A program made the translations under genes and the position numbers. The notes beneath the pieces were generated by a model. The model was given only the letters and a program-made list of their open reading frames with translations, was not told the DNA's origin and ran no database searches. Shown piece after piece: positions 56,421-64,000 of a stretch of DNA of 64,000 nt (the stretch's first letter is position 1; every line of letters starts with the position of its first letter). Source of the DNA: Takakia lepidozioides (taxonomy: Eukaryota > Plantae > Bryophyta). The stretch lies in NCBI GenBank assembly GCA_030704615.1, contig CM060731.1:32426001-32490000 (forward strand), written 5' to 3'.

Positions 56421-57539
56421 AAACTTCTAACTCTTTCACCAAATTCCAATTTCTAAATCCCCAAATAATCCCAAATAAAGTTTCCAAGGCTGCTGTCCCC
56501 TGTTCTGCAAACAAAAAAAATTAAAAATTAAAAAAATTGACAAATCTCTAAATCACATTACATTGTTGCTCATTTTGTTCATGTTTACAATATTCTTTAA
56601 ACATTAGTTCATTCATGTACCACACATTCTTTGTAACGAAACAAATATCCAATTTCATTTTAATATATCGATTTCAATTCTTCACACATGGGCCTCAACA
56701 TAGGAGACGCACTTGGATACATAGGGGATTGCACTTGGACTTAGATGACACACGACAATGGCACAAGCTACCATAGTTATGTGTCAACAACACAATTATA
56801 AATATCCATGATTTTTTTTCATATGCAACTGCAATTCACAATTATAAGTACTGCGATTTATGGCTCTTAGATAAATTATGTTTGGACAAATGCACCCTCA
56901 TGACCATTGCATATCTGGTATTATATAAATTGGGCTGACCATAAACCTATATTAATTTCCTTGAAATTACCTAATTATACTCCTTCATATCTCATCAACT
57001 AGGATGAGCCATTACACACACACGGCTCGTCGCTTGTTCACCTTCATTTCAGGCTTTTTAGAGTGAAGAGTAGGTAAGGCCATATGCTAGAGCCACAAAG
57101 GAGGACAATGTAGGAGTTCTATTGCCTGGTCAAAGCCCCAATATGGGAGATCTATCACATTTACATTTGTACTTTGTGATTGCGTTTCAGGCGTTATCTA
57201 TGTTCCAATGCTAGCTCTTGTGCACCCAGTGTTGGCGTGATGAAAGGTTGAAGAGAGAAAAACATTTTCTCCAGTTTGAGATAGCCAACATCAATGAGCA
57301 TGAAACACCTAAGAAATGAAAAGTGTTACTACATGAGGCAGTATATAAAACACTGCATTATTATGTATTTCTCACTTCCAAAGAGGAAGACGAGCCAAAA
57401 GGTTGGTGTCACTTCACCCTAAAGAACTACTACCTTCCATTTGGTAGGAGAGCACCTTCTTAGGGCTGTAACTTGGACCAAGGACTCGAAAGTTTCTAGA
57501 TACCCACAGAATAAGTGATCGGTTGACCCCTTTTATAAC

Positions 57540-57640
57540 TTAGTTGGCCATAATGGGCAGCATCCAACATACATGTATGTGGCGTTGAACCCACAACCAC
57601 TTGTAAGGTGGCCTTGTGCCCTAACCACTGGCCCATCTTT
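57540..57640 (-). mobile_element. tRNA-derived SINE-like element (second family) just downstream of CER1
   Basis: Minus strand GGGCCAGTGGTTAGGGCAC...GTGGGTTCAACGCC (A-box and B-box like); no full cloverleaf. Confidence 0.4.
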
Positions 57641-57710
57641 GGCTGGCTTTCCACGCTTTCAAAGTGACTAGCTTTGGGCAAAGCTTAGTACTTTTGCACA
57701 TCCATACCTT

Positions 57711-60700
57711 TCACACCGGCTTGAAGCCGTGTTTCATAGCAGCTGCCCAAGTCAAATCAATCCTATTGACATCAATAGCCCCTACTTCATGGTGATCCCA
57801 TCCTTCCAAGGCATGAACCAAGCCTCCTGCATGACAGGCATGCACCACTCCTCTCGGCATGGTCATCTGCACAAATACAAAGTTGATGATCAGCATGACT
57901 TCCTCACCACCAGGGCCTCGTTGCTTTAGTGAATGGCTCAATAGGAAGGCTATATTTGTGGGCATGCACCAACTACAGAAGAATGCACTGGACTTATGTG
58001 GTGATTTCGACAACTGAAATATTGTTGCATCCAACAGCAACATGTCACATGACAGATATATCTGACAGAGAAAAACAGTGAACCAAGGCAACCTGATCGG
58101 TCAATGATTGGGAGCAGACATGATTGATAGATTAGGACTATATGGAAGCAAAGACAACCTCGCATGATCGCAAGCCCTTGATGTCTTTGGGTAGCTGCAT
58201 GGCAGCAAGCTTGCCATAAGTACAATCCGCGCGTGCCTCAATGATGGGAGGCACAACGAACTGATGGAAGTAAGTCCCAGAAGGTGCCCACTTCTGATCC
58301 TTTGGTGTGGCCCACTTGCCCATGACCCATGTCTGCATCATCCAATATCAGCATCAAACCTCCCTTCATATCATGCTTCCTGAGATTTGTACATATCAGA
58401 TGGTGACACTGCTGTGAGTGGTATTTGAAAAGGTCGCTGGAAAAGAGATGCAACCAACTACATAATGTTCAAATCAGAACCAATATGCTTGTTACTTGTG
58501 GGGACAAAGGGAGGGCAGACAGAGAGGATTATCAAGTAACAGCTTCACCCCCTTCTGAGATAGGGAACAGCTATTTCGAAGAAGCACTGTATACCGGACA
58601 GTTTCGGCCCTCTTGATACTTCGTAACTCGCACAAGGTAGCGCCGAGACTGCACTGGCACTTCTGCTAAAATGCTCTCATAGCGTTCCTGTGATGCTGTT
58701 AACATCTGCCACACCGCCCACCATAGAAGGCTGTGTAACGACTGCGAATTAGACTACTCCAGATAGTTAACTAATCTGTGAATGCTACCAGCTAAGGACA
58801 TTTTTGTAGCTCTCTCTCAAGCAACGACATTACACTCACAGCTACTTATAGTCCACTCCAAAACAACAATACACTAGTTCCCAAAGAGTCAGAAACAAAA
58901 TGCACTTGGCATCCACGCAACGCCAATATACTGTGCCTAATTACAACGTTCCAACAACTTCATCTGACACAACTGAGTCGGGCACTCTAATCACAAACTG
59001 CAAGACAAGATGATTAGGAGATTGAACCCACCAATACACGCACACCTTGTCGGCACAGGTAAACTGCAATGGCTCGGCCAAGCTTAGACGTTGGACCAGT
59101 CAAGAATATTTCATGCACATCTGTTGGAAGCTTGTCCAAAATCACTGCTGCTGTCAGAGTGTTTCCGTGGACCACCCTGATGCGCAAATCCTTATGCTTG
59201 TTCACGAACAGCGTTCCCCCTCCATTCAAACTCTCATTCTGTTTCAGAAATTAGACAAAACACCAGCTCCAGAAAGGTTACATAATGACAAGAACAAAGT
59301 ACACCAGGAACAACATCATGCCAACACGATCAACCAGCTATCAACCACAAAATTTAATAATATACTAGAATGCATCCCCTGCAGCATATTTGGAGACTCA
59401 AAAAATACCAACTGTTTGTGTCCAAGTCACCTTTCGGCCTGCAGAATATTGTTTGGTGACAAAACCCAGGACTTGAGCTACTAAGGATGCTGAATATGCT
59501 GTTAAAGGACAAGACAGGTAGAGAGATTCCACCTTGTTAAGAGCCCCAAGGCTGATGACACCAGCTCCTTCATTTTGAGCTTCCAAAATAGCTTGCTCAA
59601 TAAGCTTGTTTATTCGCACCTTTTCAAAGGGTAAGAAATACTGCAGATAAAGTGAACCCACATGTAAGCATTATTAGAGTGCTTACATTTTCCATTTACA
59701 CATCCAGACAGATCTTTCCTTCATAAAATTGCCATAGTAATACCCATTTCACAGATTCAAGAAGCCGACAATGGACGATCGTATGCACCTGAAAACCAAA
59801 TCTGGGAATGACCCAGGTTTGCATGCGCAAATCATATAGATGGTATTTGTCAGCAACAAAAGGTTGGCCGAAGATCCACAAGAGGGCCAAAATAGGCAAG
59901 GTAAGCGGCCAGAGAGGCCAAAGAATCCAATGTTGCGAATAAGGCCAAGCAGCAAATGACGTGATCCCGAATGGAAGATGGAAGGTAGACAGCAGCTCTG
60001 TGCCGTGAGCCAGAAATACAAAATCAGGCTTCTCCTTTCGCCCTGCCCCAACCAACACACCCAGTTAGTTTCCACGTCACCTTCTTCTAACTTCTTCCAC
60101 TGTTAGCCCCTGCTGTCTGTCCAATATCTGAATACCAACACAGTACTTACAATGTTAAATGTGTGAAAAGCAATTGAGAGAGACACACACCTTGTCGCAC
60201 AGTATGATAGAGATCATCACTATGTTTATCTGCAGTCCCGCCCAGGTAATCATAAAGAGGCATGAAGAGCGAAAAGTTGGTATGTACTTGTGAATGATGC
60301 AGTGAATGGTACCTGCCAATCACATCCAAAATTTCGTTACCAAAGCCATCGCAATGATCCATGCGGTATGTGTCATGTTCATGTCTGCATGAAGAGCTCA
60401 ATGGGTGGCACGTGAAAATACACTTCCAGAAGGAATAGGACTTACGTTGGGGTGTAAACGAGGTACTTGAGAGGTGGAAACACGCGGAAGACCCAGGTAG
60501 GCACAAATTCCCAGTTGCAATGGCCAATTGCATTCATGAAGTCGAAGAATAGCCAGTAAAAGTAGAACATGCCAATTGATGCCCCTCCAAGAGCCCATGT
60601 GCCAAGAAATGGAATTGCAAAAATTCCCGTGTACATCAGATGCTCAGCAAAAGGATGCACTGACCCTGCACTTGTTTCCCATCCATTCAGATTTTTACAA

Positions 60701-62363
60701 GCCATTGAAGCCAATCCATGTAGTATGTAACAGGTTCCGCGGGGGTTTCACAAACAACACCGTCCTTTTATGGCGAACCACCGCGAAAACCCTTGATTCC
60801 CGGTGATGAATTGCGGCGAATCTTGGCCCACCCACCACGCCCCAATGGACCGTGATGAGTCCTAAGACTCCCCACGACTCCCACCACAAGGTCTCCGGCC
60901 GATGGTGAGTCCTATGTCACCCCCACTAAGACCCACTAAGCTATCACCAACCCCTCGTGGAACCACCCCCACCGCAACCCGGTTCTCCTGATTGTGGTCG
61001 CCTTAGTGCATGGATGTTCATGAGGATAGCCACTGTTGAATGTAGATGGTGGGGTGTCTACAGATTTCAAGAACACCCGATATGTCAACTTGCATTCATT
61101 CAAGGGCCACTGAGGAGGTATTGAAAGACTAACCTGTGGCTGGTTCAGAGATGAATGAAGCATGGTGATGGGAGTGGTATCTTGAATAAAGAAAGTGGTG
61201 ATGGAGTGCTCGATGTCCCCAGTAGTAAACAAGCTCCGTGGGCCCCATGTGGAGAAGTAACAGCATAATGATTCCCCGTTGATTCCAAAAGGGAAAGTTG
61301 GAAAAACCAGGCAGCACTCCATGCACTATGGTTGCCACGAGCACATGCAATAGAATGTAGTCTTCCCTGACCTCCCCAATTCAACACTGTGTAAGTGATT
61401 ACTCATCATGTTCGAAGTCCTTGAGACAGTTGAAATAAAGCAAGGAGTCGCATGAGCATGTGGATGCGAAATTGGTTTTGAAATCAACATCTGAAAGGTG
61501 TCCTTGAAAGGCTTGCAGGGCAGTTGTCTTACAATTGTCTCAGACATTCCCTTTTCACAGCCTCGTCAAGGCGAAACTAATTCAGTCTATGAATGCATAG
61601 GTCCTGCAGTCAACCAAATACTTTCATAGTCACAACGGTGGAAACATTGTATTGTTCAAATAATTAGTGCGGAAGGTTCCACCTAAAAATCTCTTCAATA
61701 TGGCATACCAATTGCTCTCTCGGTCCACCTGCTCGAAGCTGATGCCTTTGGTTTGAATTTGATGTTTATGGACAAGAAAATGACAGCGAGATAAGGTCAT
61801 CCACAGTTGGCCATGCAGATATCGGAGCGCAGACACAATGAGCATGTGCAGGCACCAATTGTCCACATCGTAACCCCCCAGTAAATTTGCATGAACTGCC
61901 TTCACCACGAATGGCGCATATATCGTATACTGCACCACCTCACAACCCCCGCCCCATGCACAACAGGTCTTTTTTCAGCTGTAATGCCACACACCCTCGG
62001 CCTAATGGCTACAGACAAGTATTGTATCCACCTCTCAAGCAGTTAACGGTAGCAATGTCTATATTGCTACAGGTGTTCACCTGAAATGACACAAGAATTA
62101 AAAAGGGTTAATCCGACCACGCCTTCTCTTGCTTCTTGGGAGAAAGGCTCGTGAGCTGCCTGGAACTTCCCGACGCACACCTTTCAGACTTTCGCAATGT
62201 GCACAAGACTAAACGTGCATTTTAACAATATCACCTTTGCCGAGCTCAGGTCCACCATTGCAAACGTTAAGCACACAGGAAAAACATCAGCACCGATACA
62301 CACCTTCCAGTTTCCGAGTCTCTGCCATGGCCAGTCCGAGAGCAATCCCGGCGAGCTCGCCAT
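57711..62363 (-). CDS. CER1: Very-long-chain aldehyde decarbonylase CER1-like (cuticular alkane synthesis), 11 exons
   Basis: Exons 62363-62304, 61929-61709, 61366-61134, 60665-60446, 60312-60191, 60042-59789, 59640-59533, 59238-59032, 58705-58595, 58332-58159, 57866-57711, all GT-AG and in frame; [13 protein letters not shown], His boxes (HRALHHH, YHSHHH, YHSLHH), [11 protein letters not shown]2 C-terminus ([12 protein letters not shown]). Confidence 0.93.
60726..60985 (+). mobile_element. LTR fragment in CER1 intron 3
   Basis: Starts TGTAACAGGTTCCGCGGGGGTTTCACAAACAAC; reverse-complement homolog of 35216-35557. Confidence 0.7.
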
Positions 62364-63209
62364 TGTGTCTGAGCGCCGAGAATCAAACAGGCCACAATAG
62401 TGAACCTCACAATGCACTCCGAAATTCCATCGGCAAATGCAAGAACGCGTATTAAACGGACCTCCACAATGTGCTAACTGCACGTCCTCCACACAAGCGA
62501 TGGAGAATCTTACAGGGAACCAAAGCCAATTCCACAAAGCCCTGAAGAGAGATCTAAATGTGATATAAATGGATTTCCTCCAAACAGTGGTGCAACTTTC
62601 TGCAAAGCAGATTATATTAGTGCCACCGCGTTATTACAAAACGCAAGTGCCCGTGTTACACATTTCTGCACAGTTTTTTTCAGGTGGGACATTACGGTGA
62701 TTGGAAGGAAGAAAGAAACAAGATTTTACGGTCTCAAAAAGGAAGGGACTAAGCGCATGGAAGCAGCAGGGAAGGAAGACGATGGTAGCACAGCTGCAGA
62801 TGCACAGTGTCTGCATGCACGATCCCTGCGTCTTTACCAACTCTTATGGGATCACGATAAGCCAAGGGAACGGACGCAATGTGTAGATACTCGGGTTCGG
62901 GGAACCCTACATTCATGGGAACACGAGAACGCTGGAGGCATTAGTGTGTCTAGGGATTGCAGCCACGAAGGACGGGCGGGTAAACGTAACATGGTAGATA
63001 ATAGAGGTGAAAAGGCGAGCAACCTGCACCACTGGCTGGCGATAGGCACCCTGACCGAACGGATAGGCGGGGCCTTCATATGCCTCTCCACGTGTCCTCA
63101 CGCCACTTCGCCACGTCACAAAACTGAGATATTTCTTGCCTTTTTTTCTTTTTTCTTTTTTTAAAGGGAAATACCTGGGAGCGACACCTCACAAATCAGG
63201 CCCCTTGAT

Positions 63210-63360
63210 AGAGAGAGAGGAGAAAATAACCTCTCAGTAACCTCGCCGTAATGCGCAGGGAAGGGGGAGAAGAGCATACCACACCCGTCAAGTAGCAGGA
63301 TTTGACCCCAGGGTCATCCGGATGGCACTTGGTGCACTTTACCAACTGAGCTACTGACTG
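63210..63360 (-). mobile_element. tRNA-derived SINE
   Basis: Minus strand A box TAGCTCAGTTGG (63342-63353), B-box-like GGGGTCAAATCC (63298-63309), non-tRNA body ending in (CT)n. Confidence 0.65.
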
Positions 63361-63391
63361 TTGGTTGCTATTTTATGTTTGGAAAAAAAAA

Positions 63392-64000
63392 CTAGGGCTT
63401 CGCGTTGCTCCGCACTACTAGCGACGAATTCTGAGAACTAAGTTCAATTTTTCACAAAAAAGGGGTGGGTCATCCCCACGGTGTTTACATGCAGAGATCC
63501 CGTGTTTTGTTTTTTTCTGGAAGAAAAATGGCGGATCTGCATTTCAATGTTCAAATTTTCACAAGCCGCATCAATCAATAACAACATACCCAAATACCCT
63601 TCCATTCGCTATATGAACTTTCAAGCATCCACCGTGGGATTGGATCTTGGTGGGTTAAGGCTAGCTTTTGACAATATTCATGTAAATTCATCAAGGGCTC
63701 CATCCAAAGCCACACCATGAGAAACAACAAACATGTCCAAATTTAAGATGCTGATCAAACTTGTGCACAGGGCTGCCCCTCTCATCAAGCTCATTAAAAT
63801 TCGTATTCACTTCCATCTTCAAGCTTTGGAGAAGCTCCACCACCCAAACCCAGAATTAGGACAGCACTCTGATTTCCATCCACTGTCACCAGAATCAGTC
63901 AAAAATCACCTCTTCAGTCAAGTGCAATTGTGGGCCGACTTCCTACCTATGCCGGGTAGACCCCACTATCAGGAAATGGTGGATGGTCTGAGTAGCTACA
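63392..64000 (-). mobile_element. Helentron/Helitron2-like 3' region (copy D), runs off the window
   Basis: Reverse complement of 21662-22316; subTIR CTAGCGACGA at 63418-63427; terminus next to an A-run (a T-run on the element strand). Confidence 0.65.

Noticed and set aside
57711-62363. CER3/WAX2 rather than CER1
   Set aside because: The PGLLSDWPW start and the YSRYHSHHH...SVHPFAEH motifs are CER1-type.
63290-63360. tRNA gene
   Set aside because: It has A/B boxes but no acceptor stem or cloverleaf, and continues into a body shared with other dispersed copies, so it is a SINE.

Overview
Eukaryotic, intron-rich plant DNA, most likely a seed-free land plant (bryophyte, lycophyte or fern); this is inferred from the PPR style, the RTE-X-like LINE and the copia primer site. 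Three host genes look intact: a 12-exon membrane-anchored A1 aspartic protease (+, 852-10339, one GC-AG intron), a single-exon bulb-type (GNA) lectin (-, 40883-41347) and an 11-exon CER1-type alkane-forming gene (-, 57711-62363). A 10-exon clade II serine carboxypeptidase-like gene (+, 45132-50284) carries a frameshift and a lost splice donor. The region from about 11 to 40 kb is a mosaic of mobile DNA and gene fragments: decayed PLS-E-DYW PPR genes, a PTI1 kinase 3' fragment, one ALWAYS EARLY exon, and copia, LINE, piggyBac-like and CACTA-like remnants. Two systems stand out. (1) A Helentron/Helitron2-like family has four termini in the window (10-bp subterminal inverted repeat CTAGCGACGA, 5' palindrome, 3' hairpin, T-flanked ends). 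Captured PTI1, PPR-DYW and ALY fragments lie directly inside these termini, and the 5' end carries a CCAAT/E2F-like promoter. (2) An intron-containing gene for a ParB/Srx-like (WDGNHR) protein with a C-terminal amino-methyltransferase-like motif sits directly behind an array of 28-bp palindromes spaced about 137 bp apart, and the same palindrome recurs twice inside the gene. All calls come from reading the sequence by eye; no database searches were run.
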